Shown here piece after piece: positions 48,544-58,470 of a stretch of DNA of 64,000 nucleotides (within the stretch, counting starts at the first letter, position 1; each line of letters starts with the position of its first letter). This DNA is from Candidatus Gottesmanbacteria bacterium RIFCSPLOWO2_01_FULL_42_22 (GTDB lineage: Bacteria > Patescibacteriota > Microgenomatia > 2-02-FULL-39-11). The translations under genes and the position numbers were made by a program. The DNA lies in assembly GCA_001779315.1 (NCBI GenBank), contig MFJU01000028.1, forward strand, positions 614 through 64,613. The letters run 5' to 3'. The notes below the pieces were generated by a model. The model made no database searches, had not been told where the DNA came from, and worked only from the letters and a program-made list of their open reading frames with translations.

Positions 48544-49092
48544 TTACTCTTGAGTTCCGGTTAAGGTAAAACCAACTCCCGGCATGCTTAAATTAGCCGC
48601 TGTATTATCAGCAGTATCAGACATCCTGAAATACAGATTGTAAAGCGTTTCACTATCCGGAGTTATCGAACCTAAAGACGCCGGATTGGTAAACCAGTCA
48701 TTTAAAGATTTCCAACCTACAACAGTATTATCCAGAGAATCGGCTACCCTCATCTCAATTACGTCTTTTAAAAGCGTTCCCCAACCGGATCCGCCGGTTG
48801 TCAATGCCATAACTACTCCTAAATTAATCGGAGCAGTCGAAGCATTTTTTAACCACATTTCCTGTACCGGAGAAACGTAACCCGGATACATATTGGCTAA
48901 ATCAATGGTCGAATTCCAGGTCGCTTCGTAGCTATCGTCATCCCAAATTTGCAGAGTGGCATTGCCGGAAGCAAAGGAAACGTTTTCCAAAGTCGCCTGT
49001 GAAGAAAACAGGGCAACCGCTCCTCCTGCGACTGTTGCGGTTATCATGACGAGTCCTATAAGTCCAAAAAGAATTTTTTTCAATTTACTCAC
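48544..49092 (-). CDS. TasA/camelysin-like protein with a SipW-class signal peptide
   Basis: GGAVALFSS...NVSFASGNATL; adjacent to the SipW-type gene; GGGGGTGA RBS-like sequence. Confidence 0.82.
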   Translation of the reverse strand: MSKLKKILFGLIGLVMITATVAGGAVALFSSQATLENVSFASGNATLQIWDDDSYEATWNSTIDLANMYPGYVSPVQEMWLKNASTAPINLGVVMALTTGGSGWGTLLKDVIEMRVADSLDNTVVGWKSLNDWFTNPASLGSITPDSETLYNLYFRMSDTADNTAANLSMPGVGFTLTGTQE

Positions 49093-49726
49093 CCCCTTTG
49101 GGCAAAAAATAACCGGCTTCCCTATTCCATCAGCAAAGATGAAACAGCTTGAACCGGTTTGCCTAAAAATTGGTTATTTTTGCCCATTCATTCCGGGCAG
49201 GTGGTTTAAGCAGGATTTAGAAATTGATTATAGGTTTATATAAAAAAATATATTTTCAGGAGCAGAAGTACTATTCAGTTGACTATGATAATCCAAACCT
49301 CATGTAAATACAAATAGACAATCATCTATATATTCTTGTGTAATTAAAAGACCTATGAAACAATCAGTGGAGTTGAGCGCGAAAAGTAAAGTGGTAGAAG
49401 TATTTTTGCCACATTTCTGCAGTTTGCCTGTATTTATTTTCTCCGTAAAAAAAATCAGCAAAGAGTTCCTTACATCGGCATAATTCCTTAAGTTTCCCCT
49501 CATCACGGCCGACACCTGTAATTGTCAAATCTAGGAGCTCCAAAGCGCGAAAGAAGGCCGCCGGGCAATAATTTTTATTTCTTCCAGGCTGATTTTTTCA
49601 GAAATTATTTTCATTGCGATATGATTATTATATATGATTATTATAGATTATCCTGACTTAGCCTCCTAGTGACCAAACTGAAACAATCATTATTGAAGAT
49701 TTAAGCTCGTATGATAAGATATCTGC

Positions 49727-50092
49727 ATGAAAAAGGGCACCGCTCATAACTGCCGGGCGATTGTCGTCGGCTGTATGGATTTCCGCTTGAGAAGCGACAT
49801 CCGAAAGTGGACAGCTAAACTCGAAGGAGGCTTTGACAGGCTGGCTATTGCCGGAGGGGTAAAAAATCTTCCATTTGTCCTTGAGCAGGTAGAACTTTCA
49901 TATAAACTGCACCATATCTGTGAAGTCTATCTGATGAACCATGAAGACTGCGGGGCTTACGGGGAAGAAGGGACTTTAAAAAAACACCGTCAGGACCTCT
50001 CCTTCGCCAAAAAGATCATCAAACAAAAATTCCCCAAGCTCAAGATTGTCACCCTCTTTCAAAAACTCAACGGCAACTTTGTGGAAGTTTAA
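49727..50092 (+). CDS. Beta-carbonic-anhydrase-like protein
   Basis: GCMDFR and HEDCGAY zinc ligands. Confidence 0.85.
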   Translation: MKKGTAHNCRAIVVGCMDFRLRSDIRKWTAKLEGGFDRLAIAGGVKNLPFVLEQVELSYKLHHICEVYLMNHEDCGAYGEEGTLKKHRQDLSFAKKIIKQKFPKLKIVTLFQKLNGNFVEV

Positions 50093-50136
50093 ATTTAAAA
50101 AAGTGCTTCCGGATTGGTCAGAGCTTAGCTTTGCTT

Positions 50137-51063
50137 TTACGGAAGAAGACTCATTATGTCCCCGGTAATGTAATTGCCGTCTTGGGGAATATACTGTTGA
50201 GCGGTATATTGATCTACCCTGGTTTGCCAGTTTTCTGCCCTGTTGGTTGGAGAAATCGAAGTATACTGGTCAGGAAATTGCATGGAAATACTGGGCGGAT
50301 TGCGATTTGTAATAATTGATAAAATCTCATCAGCATGAGCTTTTGGCAGTATATAGACACATTTTTGCCGGGAATTGGCATTTTTATATTTATTGGCCAA
50401 AGTCAATAAAAAAGCAGAGTTTATGGTCATGCGATAGGTACTCTCATCACCTCTGCCGCCGAACAATCTCTCAACTCCGTGTTTGGCGGCAACATCCATA
50501 AAGCTGTTCTGATTGGCCGGATCGAGTACCCAAATCGGCTTCCCGTAGTTCATGCTGAATTTGTATATTTTGGAAAAAAACGGAATAAATTTTTCATCAG
50601 GATCGGCAATGAAATTTACCCAAAAGCTGCTTTTTTTCATTTCTTCAATTGCCGGCGGATAATATTCGGGAATCACACAGCTGCTGCTCTCAATTGCTTC
50701 CTTAATTTTTTTCATCTTTTCCTTATTTTCTACATCCTCTAAATGATGTTCTGTCATTAAAAAAGTCACCGTAAAAAAATCATTCAGCTTTAAGGTCCTT
50801 ACTTCCAAACCTTCCAGCGGATTTTCCACGGTTATGCTATTAACATCTATCGTCGACTCCATGGTTATTTTCCTGGAATTTTGCTGTTGATCACCAGATA
50901 AAGGTTGTACTGCAACTGTCGAATCCATGTTTCCTATTTGTCCCTGAATCGGCTCTTTACTTGGTATGTGAGTTTCAGGAGGAGGCGGTTTTAACCGGCA
51001 AGACGCAAGGACAGCACTTCCAAAAGCCACGCCTAAAAATCTTAAAAAATCCTGGCGGTCCAT
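50137..51063 (-). CDS. Hypothetical lipoprotein with a Tat-like leader
   Basis: MDRQDFLRFLGVAFGSAVLASC; start uncertain. Confidence 0.65.
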   Translation of the reverse strand: MDRQDFLRFLGVAFGSAVLASCRLKPPPPETHIPSKEPIQGQIGNMDSTVAVQPLSGDQQQNSRKITMESTIDVNSITVENPLEGLEVRTLKLNDFFTVTFLMTEHHLEDVENKEKMKKIKEAIESSSCVIPEYYPPAIEEMKKSSFWVNFIADPDEKFIPFFSKIYKFSMNYGKPIWVLDPANQNSFMDVAAKHGVERLFGGRGDESTYRMTINSAFLLTLANKYKNANSRQKCVYILPKAHADEILSIITNRNPPSISMQFPDQYTSISPTNRAENWQTRVDQYTAQQYIPQDGNYITGDIMSLLP

Positions 51064-51224
51064 TTCAGCTAAATTGACCATAACTTTCAAAGATTACTAT
51101 AGGATAATAAGGACAGGCAATGCATCACCAATACATAGCGGATCCTGATTTATCTATTGATAAAAGTCTATTTGATTGAGGCTGTAGCGGGGAGTATGAT
51201 AAAATTTATACTATCGGACTTTGT

Positions 51225-51785
51225 ATGACAGTCTATTTCACTGCTTCAATCGTCGGCAAAAAATACCATTTGATTAATTACCTGAAAATTATTGATATCC
51301 TTAAATCTAAAAACTGCCAGGTTATTTCCGACCACATTATCAAATCGACCGAATCTGAAGTCAAGCTGGAAAACAAAGAAGACCGGTTGAAGTTCCATAA
51401 ACAGCTGGAAAAATGGATATCATCTGCTGATTTTATCGTCGCAGAAACGACCTTTCCTTCCATTTCAGTCGGTTACGAAATATCGCTGGCCGAAGCTTTC
51501 CTCAAACCGATCCTGATACTTTTTTCCGAAGGCAATCCCCCCTCTCTTCTGGCCCACCACCGGGATGAAAAATTGATCTGTGAAAAATATAGCGGGGAAA
51601 ACCTTCCCGGCCTTATTGATGATTTTATCAATTACGTCAGAGGCAACAATGATACACGCTTCACTTTTTTTATCACTTCCAAAATCGCCTCTTTCCTGAA
51701 TAAGGTCTCAAAACGGGAAAAACTGCCAAAATCGGTTTACCTGCGGCAGCTTATCGAAAAAGAAATGAAAACTGGCGGAAAATAA
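51225..51785 (+). CDS. Nucleoside deoxyribosyltransferase/Rcl-like domain fused to a C-terminal ribbon-helix-helix (paralog 1)
   Basis: YFTASI, VAETTFPSISVGYEI; tail RFTFFITSKIASFLNKVSKREKLPKSVYLRQLI. Confidence 0.8.
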   Translation: MTVYFTASIVGKKYHLINYLKIIDILKSKNCQVISDHIIKSTESEVKLENKEDRLKFHKQLEKWISSADFIVAETTFPSISVGYEISLAEAFLKPILILFSEGNPPSLLAHHRDEKLICEKYSGENLPGLIDDFINYVRGNNDTRFTFFITSKIASFLNKVSKREKLPKSVYLRQLIEKEMKTGGK

Positions 51786-51867
51786 TTTTTTTACCCGACA
51801 CCCCTTCTTTTTCAATGCATATCGGTTATGCATTGAGATTGTCATAAAGCTCTATTTAAAATAGGGC

Positions 51868-52845
51868 ATGACACTAATTTCTGAAAACTTCTGCTGGATC
51901 AATCATCCAGAATTTTCTTCCGGTGATCCGCTTTTGGATAAAACCGCCGGCCTATTTGCCTCTCTAATGACCGGTCAAATCCCCGACCGGCAGACCGCGG
52001 ATTACCTACCCATCAACGGAGGAGCCGTATCTGCTCCGGCTGAAGCCAGTCTTCTGCTGCAATACGGTTTAACAGACCATGAAGACTCCCTGCTCTCCGA
52101 TTCCGATCTAAATTTAATCCCTGAAAGCCTGCTGGAAATGTTGCGCTGTGCTGATGAAATGAGAATTATTGATGCCCGCCGGAAAATTTTTGATGACAGC
52201 CGGCGGATAAAGGAACTTGAAGCGGAAAAAGCCCAGGTAGTCCAATCACGGATTGATGCTGTTTTAACTTTTTTTGCCCAACAGAAACCGTTACACATTC
52301 CGGAAAACTCCGGCCATCCTCCCGATGAACGAACAGCTTTGCTTGCCCGGCTGCTTCAGCCTGAGATCAGAACGAATAGAGCTAATACCGATACGGCTTT
52401 GCGCGGAGGCAGAACGTTACTTTTCAGTCGTGAGGAAATCGATGATACAGCCAGAAAGACTGCCGCAGTCTCTGCCTCTGCCATGGCAGAATTGGATCTT
52501 CTGGAAAGACAAACAGACCGGCTCCGGCGGGAAAAATCAAGCCTAAATACTTCTCTGACGGATTTAATTCGTTTGAATCGCCTCCTTAAAGAAAACCAAA
52601 GCATAATTTATCACTATTTTTTTAAAAAGGAAAAACGCCAGATTCTGGATAATATGCCTCCTTTATCTGATGAGAGCCGGAATCTGTTTCAGTTGGCCGG
52701 ATTGTGTGCTTTTATTCAGGGAGTCCTCTACCGCAAATTTACCCCGAGTAATAAGCTTCCCCGAAGCATAGATCTTAAAAAAACCGCTAAAAATATGCTT
52801 GCCTATGCTTGCCCAGGTACATCATCAAAACCGCAGGGGGATTGA
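51868..52845 (+). CDS. Hypothetical helical/coiled-coil protein
   Basis: 325-aa ORF; no family recognised. Confidence 0.7.
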   Translation: MTLISENFCWINHPEFSSGDPLLDKTAGLFASLMTGQIPDRQTADYLPINGGAVSAPAEASLLLQYGLTDHEDSLLSDSDLNLIPESLLEMLRCADEMRIIDARRKIFDDSRRIKELEAEKAQVVQSRIDAVLTFFAQQKPLHIPENSGHPPDERTALLARLLQPEIRTNRANTDTALRGGRTLLFSREEIDDTARKTAAVSASAMAELDLLERQTDRLRREKSSLNTSLTDLIRLNRLLKENQSIIYHYFFKKEKRQILDNMPPLSDESRNLFQLAGLCAFIQGVLYRKFTPSNKLPRSIDLKKTAKNMLAYACPGTSSKPQGD

Positions 52846-53113
52846 TGCCCTGCTTAAAAGAATGGAGGCGGTCATTCTGAAAAACCCAGCCGCTTCGCAA
52901 AATCAATTAAATGATTTCCTCGACAGGTTAAGGTCAATGGAAAAAGAACTAAAACCAAATCCCAAGACGGAAGTTGAGCGGACAAGACCGGCTGAAAACG
53001 GCAGGCCGGTCCTTTATTATTTGATATCCGTCATGGAAAATATAGGAACCCCAAATCATCCCGTCTGGCAAAGGAAGGCATGGCTGATCCCTAAAGAATT
53101 TGGCAATCGATAA
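52799..53113 (+). CDS. Hypothetical protein
   Basis: Overlaps both neighbours; start uncertain. Confidence 0.5.
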   Translation: MPMLAQVHHQNRRGIDALLKRMEAVILKNPAASQNQLNDFLDRLRSMEKELKPNPKTEVERTRPAENGRPVLYYLISVMENIGTPNHPVWQRKAWLIPKEFGNR

Positions 53114-53384
53114 TTCACCTATTTCCCAAGACAGAGGGAAAAAATATTGGGGCGATATGTCAAAGGTAACATCAAAGGACCTCGAGGCTATGCATCAACT
53201 TGCCCGGGACTGGGGAATGATTAGGGCCAGGTATGAAATAGATGCTGCCCGAGCTAAAGCCAATGGCAGACCATTCTCACCAGTTAGAATTAGTGATGAG
53301 CATCCTGCACCTGAAGTCATGACTTTCCAGGAATTTGAGGAATTATCCAGAGAAATGGGCAGTCGAAACAGACAGAACAATTAG
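53100..53384 (+). CDS. Hypothetical protein
   Basis: 94-aa ORF in an operon-like run. Confidence 0.55.
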   Translation: MAIDNSPISQDRGKKYWGDMSKVTSKDLEAMHQLARDWGMIRARYEIDAARAKANGRPFSPVRISDEHPAPEVMTFQEFEELSREMGSRNRQNN

Positions 53385-53413
53385 GAATTTTAATCAGTTA
53401 TAATAAGGTATTC

Positions 53414-53971
53414 ATGAAGGCTTATTTCACCGCTTCAATCACCGGCAAAAAGCAGTATTTACCGAATTATCAGTATATTCTGGACGAACTGCGGCAACAT
53501 AAATTGGAGGTCATTTCCGACCATATCATAAAGACCGAAGAGTCCGAAGTTAATTTAAGTAAGCGTGAAGACCGCCTGAAATTCCACAAACAGCTCGAGA
53601 AATGGATATCATCATCAAACTGCATGGTAGCCGAAGTCTCATTCCCCTCAATCAGCGTCGGCTATGAAATTTCCCTGGGGCTTCATTTAGGCAAACCAGT
53701 CCTGGTCCTTTATAACGAGGGCTATCCCCCATCGCTTCTGGCTGAACACAAAGATGAAAAATTAATAACGGAGCGTTACAGCAAGGAAACTCTGCCGGGA
53801 ATAATCGGGGACTTCGTAGAATTCGTCAAAGGTCCGGCGGATATGCGCTTCACTTTTTTCATCACCCGGGAAATCGCCGCCTATTTGGATAAAGTCACTG
53901 TCAGAAAAAAAGTCCCCAAAGCAGTATACCTTCGCAAACTGGTCGAGGAAGACATGAAGAAAAACAGCTGA
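53414..53971 (+). CDS. Nucleoside deoxyribosyltransferase/Rcl-like + RHH protein (paralog 2)
   Basis: YFTASI, VAEVSFPSISVGYEI, RFTFFITREIAAYLDKV...YLRKLV; aligns end to end with paralog 1. Confidence 0.8.
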   Translation: MKAYFTASITGKKQYLPNYQYILDELRQHKLEVISDHIIKTEESEVNLSKREDRLKFHKQLEKWISSSNCMVAEVSFPSISVGYEISLGLHLGKPVLVLYNEGYPPSLLAEHKDEKLITERYSKETLPGIIGDFVEFVKGPADMRFTFFITREIAAYLDKVTVRKKVPKAVYLRKLVEEDMKKNS

Positions 53972-54614
53972 CTAATTATTCACCTCTGCTTGAATAGGGC
54001 ACATCAGGAGCTGATTGTAACCGGTGGCGGAAACTTTGACTTCTTCCCCACCAGACAGGAAAAAATTGGCAGGCTCAATCTTCCAGCTGAACGGATCGGC
54101 AATCAGAAGTTTCAGGCTATTATTTCCCCCGCTGCTTTTCAAATCCTGCATAATGCAATAATATCCGGCAGGACAGAATTGGGGCGGCCGGATGACGTAG
54201 TGGCCGCCTGTTAAACTGACCTGGCCGTAACCTTTGATATCGGTCATTAAAGAGCGACAGGAAGAGGCACTGTTTGACTGGATAGCGGAGAGCATTTCTA
54301 TTTTTCCCCGGCAGACGGTGAAGCTGCCCGAATAGGGATAAAGCTGTCCGCAGGCTGATGTACGGGCAATGAGGCTAACTTTCCCTGTGGTTTCGGCAGG
54401 TGAAACGAAACGGGTGGGTAATGGATAGACGCGGCTTGGCATTGGCATGGGATAGGGCTTGTAGGAATCTGAAATAGGCGGAATAATTCTGGCGCGGCCT
54501 GAAATCGGCCTGTCTGAAATAAAAGCTTTGGCCAGCGGCAGCCAAAGATACGATCTCAAAGCAGACAATGCCAGAAAAAAGAAGACAACTAAAACTAATT
54601 TTGCTGTTTTGCCC
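53972..54614 (-). CDS. Membrane-anchored hypothetical protein
   Basis: Likely start MGKTAK, TM helix, Cys-containing domain. Confidence 0.65.
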
Positions 54615-54687
54615 ATAAAAAAATGCCCTTTATCGGGCAGTAAAGACATCTTATCCTCAAGACCTTTTTCTGTCAAGCTCATCCTAA

Positions 54688-54822
54688 AGAGTGTGTTGAA
54701 TAACTCTTGGTCATTTCGAATGAAATGAGAAATCCAGGCACGAAGTGCTGCATTTTACGCTGACGCTAGATTTCTCGCTACGCTCGAAATGACAATATGA
54801 AAAACGTTTTTCATCAGACTCT
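54688..54822. repeat. MITE-like nested palindromic element
   Basis: gtcatttcga...tcgaaatgac and gagaaatc...gatttctc; its right half recurs at 45449-45488. Confidence 0.7.
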
Positions 54823-54870
54823 GTACATAACTTGACATGTACTAATAAAAATATGATATAATACGACACT

Positions 54871-55077
54871 ATGGTAGAAAAATTCGTACCTAAAATTGCA
54901 CCTGATGATGTTGAATCTATCTTTCAAGCAACGGCTGATCATCTTGGAATCAGCGTTGAAGAGGTTATGCAGATATCTAGAGATGTTATGGAATCAGGAA
55001 CTGCGGTATTCTTTGAGCGTAGAGGTGAAGCACGAGTTCCTGTCACAAAATCTTCTCAAGACTTACCCAAACCTTAA
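54871..55077 (+). CDS. Small hypothetical protein
   Basis: TTGACA and TATAAT upstream; 68 aa. Confidence 0.6.
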   Translation: MVEKFVPKIAPDDVESIFQATADHLGISVEEVMQISRDVMESGTAVFFERRGEARVPVTKSSQDLPKP

Positions 55078-55299
55078 TTTATTGATTCTTTATGGAAACT
55101 GAGAAATACGTTTCCGATTCTTGACTGCCTTATTTAATTTTCAATTGTCAGCAGTCCGCGATACTCGACCACGCTGCGCTCTCAGATAGATTTTCAAACC
55201 ATTCTATCCTCAAGTCTCATAATACAGTATATGCGGTTCTAACCCCGCAGAATCTCTTCCATATTCCGCTATACTCATTTTAATTTGATAAAATTGTGT

Positions 55300-55555
55300 A
55301 AAATTACTTCGGAATTACTGAAAAACCGCAAATCAAGAAAGCTTACGTCAGACGGACGGCTCGTTGGAGATTTGGGAGAAAAATTAATCCAGATGGTTCT
55401 TTTGAGGAAATTTACAATGGCCCAGGGAAATATCTTAAACAGCTTACTATGAAAAGCAAATCACCATACAATCGTCTGCATCTTCTCCCTATAAATAAGT
55501 TGAGAGAGATATCCGAAGTAATTCCGAAGAATGATAAGATTAAAAACTCCTGTGT
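55300..55555 (+). pseudogene. Remnant of a DUF6998-like protein
   Basis: RKLTSDGRLVGDLGE followed in another frame by DGSFEEIYNGPG; family recalled from memory. Confidence 0.5.
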
Positions 55556-55606
55556 CTGAAAATACGGTCCAGGCTGAAAACAAATTTGTCTTATCCAAAC
55601 AGAAAA

Positions 55607-56266
55607 TTACGGCAGGTCGCTATGCCGGGAGCGGATAGGCAGATAAAAGGAAAGAACGAGAGCTAAGACTACCGAAACCAGGAAAAAGTAGAAGACGATC
55701 TCACCCGGAATCAGCCAGACCCGGGCATTGAGAAAGAGGCGCCCCGAGGTCTGTGCGGGAACGGGATGATTCTGAATTTTTGCCAGCCAGGATAAAAAGA
55801 CCATCGGAAAAATGATCAGATAGTTTCTCCGTAATCTCCAGGCAACCGATTCCAGCCTCGACATCGGCACTTTCAAACTGCGGAAACTGGCAGCCAATTT
55901 TTCCCGCCATTGTCCGTCATCCCGTTTTTTAACTTTGCCCAGGAATATCTGGGATAAAAGCTGTTTTTCGATGATTCTTGTCCTCTCCCGAAGAAGGCTG
56001 TAGTAACGATACCTGCGGGACTCAATATACAGGAAAAACCAGACAAAAACATAATTGACCAGAATAATCGAATGGGGAGCTGAAGGATTGGTAAAAACAA
56101 AGGAAAGCATGGCGGCAGTCACCACGATCGACCAGTTGGTGGTCGTGTCGAGGCGGTTGCGCCAATTGGTTTCACGGTAAACTTCTGCCCGGTAATAGTG
56201 GTAGACAAAACCGTAGTAGGATTCGGGGAGGGATTCCAGATCCAAAACATCAGAATCATCAGCCAT
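55607..56266 (-). CDS. DUF2270-family membrane protein
   Basis: HYYRAEVYRETNWRNRLDTTTNW, IESRRYRYY, RLRRNY. Confidence 0.85.
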   Translation of the reverse strand: MADDSDVLDLESLPESYYGFVYHYYRAEVYRETNWRNRLDTTTNWSIVVTAAMLSFVFTNPSAPHSIILVNYVFVWFFLYIESRRYRYYSLLRERTRIIEKQLLSQIFLGKVKKRDDGQWREKLAASFRSLKVPMSRLESVAWRLRRNYLIIFPMVFLSWLAKIQNHPVPAQTSGRLFLNARVWLIPGEIVFYFFLVSVVLALVLSFYLPIRSRHSDLP

Positions 56267-56278
56267 GAATTAATTATA

Positions 56279-57130
56279 TCAGAATAATGAAGTCCAGTCC
56301 TTATAGAAGCTGACAAGTCCGCGGTCGGTCAGCATATGCTGTAAATCATATGTCTGCCAATCCCTGCCCAACTTGACATCAGCCCGATAAGGAATCGGTC
56401 TTAATTCCGGTTTATTATAGAGATAATCATCAGCGGGATTTCTGAAGTTTTCATCAGCCCATAGTTGGAAGATTTTAAAGGGAATGGTGATGATGTCCGA
56501 TTTAAGCAAAAGCGCATACAAGATGTGATCAAGATTTCTGACTGAAGCGGTGAGAACTTCCACATGACCATCTCCATTTTCATACAAATTGAGGATATTT
56601 TTAACAACCTCCATGCCGTTTTCTCCGATATCATCCAACCTGCCTACGAATGGAGAAATAAATATAGGATATTTAGCCCCCCGGGTAATTTCATAGACGG
56701 CAGCCGCCTGGCTCTGTGAAAAAACCAGTGTGATGTTTATTGGCATTTCAAGACTTGCTTTGCCAGCCGCTTTTAAGCCTTCGTGAGTTGCGGGAAACTT
56801 GATCGAAGCATTGGGAATCCATTTGTTTCTCTCCCTGGCCTGCTCCAACATATCTCCGGCGCTAGTTTTTTCATCGGCAAAGACCTGAATTGAGATTGAG
56901 CCGCCGGGAATGACTGAGCTCATTTCCCGGACTATCCGTTTATATTCAGCTAAAGCATCTTTTTCGGTCAGTTTGCCACTCTTTTCCACCAAATTCCTAG
57001 CAATCAGGGTCGGGTTGGTCGTCTGTCCGTCCAGAGGGAAACCTAAGGTAACCGACCGACGCTCTGAAGCTTCTTTAGTTTCTGTAGGGCTACCGCCGTC
57101 AATGAAAATTTTTGAAGGTAATCTGTTCAT
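56279..57130 (-). CDS. tal: Transaldolase-family protein
   Basis: IFID, GQTTNPTL, IKFP (Schiff-base Lys), NITLVFS, SPFVGRLDD, ASVR. Confidence 0.92.
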   Translation of the reverse strand: MNRLPSKIFIDGGSPTETKEASERRSVTLGFPLDGQTTNPTLIARNLVEKSGKLTEKDALAEYKRIVREMSSVIPGGSISIQVFADEKTSAGDMLEQARERNKWIPNASIKFPATHEGLKAAGKASLEMPINITLVFSQSQAAAVYEITRGAKYPIFISPFVGRLDDIGENGMEVVKNILNLYENGDGHVEVLTASVRNLDHILYALLLKSDIITIPFKIFQLWADENFRNPADDYLYNKPELRPIPYRADVKLGRDWQTYDLQHMLTDRGLVSFYKDWTSLF

Positions 57131-57151
57131 AATGATATAATACCAGGCTGA

Positions 57152-57256
57152 ATGGGAAAAGAAAACCCTAATCCGAATTGGGAAGGCTTAAAGAAGGTCG
57201 GCAAGACGGCTTTAATCGCCGTGGCAATCGGCTTTATAGGCCTAGCTTTATTATAA
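57152..57256 (+). CDS. Small membrane peptide (34 aa)
   Basis: MGKENPNPNWEGLKKVGKTALIAVAIGFIGLALL; TATAAT just upstream. Confidence 0.45.
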   Translation: MGKENPNPNWEGLKKVGKTALIAVAIGFIGLALL

Positions 57257-57332
57257 TTTCAACTATTTTTCCCTTATTTCCGTGGGTAACTAAACTATAG
57301 GTCTGTGGATAAATTTATTATAGGTTTAATCC

Positions 57333-57361
57333 TTGACTTTGTAGTCAATACTGACTACAAT
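57333..57361 (+). promoter_or_regulatory. Sigma70 promoter with an overlapping palindromic operator
   Basis: TTGACT-17-TACAAT; ttgtagtca-atac-tgactacaa at 57339-57360. Confidence 0.75.
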
Positions 57362-57368
57362 CAATCAC

Positions 57369-58193
57369 ATGGATATCTTTAAACTGACACGATCCATCAC
57401 CCGGCAAAAAATTCTGACACTTTTCCTGGCTGATCCCGGAGAGGCTCATTACCTTCACGAAATTGCCAGAATATTATCAATTTCCGCAGGCAATATCAGG
57501 CGGGAAATGAAAACCATGGCCGCTTCCGGATTATTCAATTCTTACAGCCTTGGCCGGCTGCTATATTTTAAAATTAATCAGAATACGGCACTTTTTGAAA
57601 CTGTTAAATCTTTAACCATGAAAACAGCTCCCCAGACAAATAACGACATTATCGCCAAGGCTTTTTTGTGGACTGCTAAACCTTCCCCTATTGCTCTTCA
57701 GAGTGAAATATATTGCCAAACAAGAGATATTTTCCAGGTAAGACTACAGACTTTTACGGAACATCTGGAAGCTAAATTGGGAACCGGCGCCTATTTGGTT
57801 TCGGCGGTGGCCGGAGAAATCGGCAATAACTCCTTTGACCATAATCTGGGAAATTGGCCTGATATGCCCGGTGTCTTATTCGCACATGCCAAAAAAATAG
57901 TAGTTTTAGCCGACCGCGGACAGGGTATCTTAAAAACCTTACAAAACGTCCGGAGTCAAATAAAAAATGACAGGGAAGCGCTTTTGATCGCCTTTACCGA
58001 AATTATTTCCGGGCGTTTCGGCGAAAAAAGAGGCAACGGCTTGAAATTTGTCTCATCTATTATTAGGGAAAAGAAATGGTGCTTGGAATTCTATTCCGGA
58101 AGAGGTTTTTTAAAACTGGCAAGGGAGACGAAATTGAAGATTACGGAATCACCAAGAGTAATTAAAGGCTGTTTGGCTGTGCTAAAATATTAA
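57369..58193 (+). CDS. wHTH + GHKL (HATPase) protein
   Basis: LHEIARILSISAGNIRRE; EIGNNSFDH (N box), DRGQGI (G1), RGNGL (G2). Confidence 0.85.
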   Translation: MDIFKLTRSITRQKILTLFLADPGEAHYLHEIARILSISAGNIRREMKTMAASGLFNSYSLGRLLYFKINQNTALFETVKSLTMKTAPQTNNDIIAKAFLWTAKPSPIALQSEIYCQTRDIFQVRLQTFTEHLEAKLGTGAYLVSAVAGEIGNNSFDHNLGNWPDMPGVLFAHAKKIVVLADRGQGILKTLQNVRSQIKNDREALLIAFTEIISGRFGEKRGNGLKFVSSIIREKKWCLEFYSGRGFLKLARETKLKITESPRVIKGCLAVLKY

Positions 58194-58194
58194 A

Positions 58195-58470
58195 ATGACA
58201 ATCAAACTCTCTAAATTCGGCGAAATGCTCATTTCCAGACCGGCCGGCCGGGAGGCATATTTTTCAGCTAAGGCTTATTTATTGGGTAAAAATCCTGGTA
58301 TGGTCGAATTTGACTTCGATAAAATAAAAGTCCTGACTCCTTCATGGATTGACGAGTTTATTGCTTTACTGAAAAATGATTTTCCAAAAACGAAAATCAA
58401 GTTTCTGCACTCACACAATCCGACAGTAATTTCTAGCTTAAAAATAATCTCCGCTTCCCCTTCGGCTTAA
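58195..58470 (+). CDS. STAS-like DUF4325 protein
   Basis: SRPAGRE...FDFDKIKVLTPSWIDE; usual partner of the upstream ATPase. Confidence 0.8.
   Translation: MTIKLSKFGEMLISRPAGREAYFSAKAYLLGKNPGMVEFDFDKIKVLTPSWIDEFIALLKNDFPKTKIKFLHSHNPTVISSLKIISASPSA

Noticed and set aside
49099-49186. c-di-GMP-I riboswitch upstream of the TasA-like gene
   Set aside because: GGCAAAC is present on the minus strand, but the GAAA tetraloop and GCAAAG elements are missing.
57304-57312. DnaA box (tgtggataa) suggesting an origin
   Set aside because: Single box, with no cluster or dnaA gene nearby.
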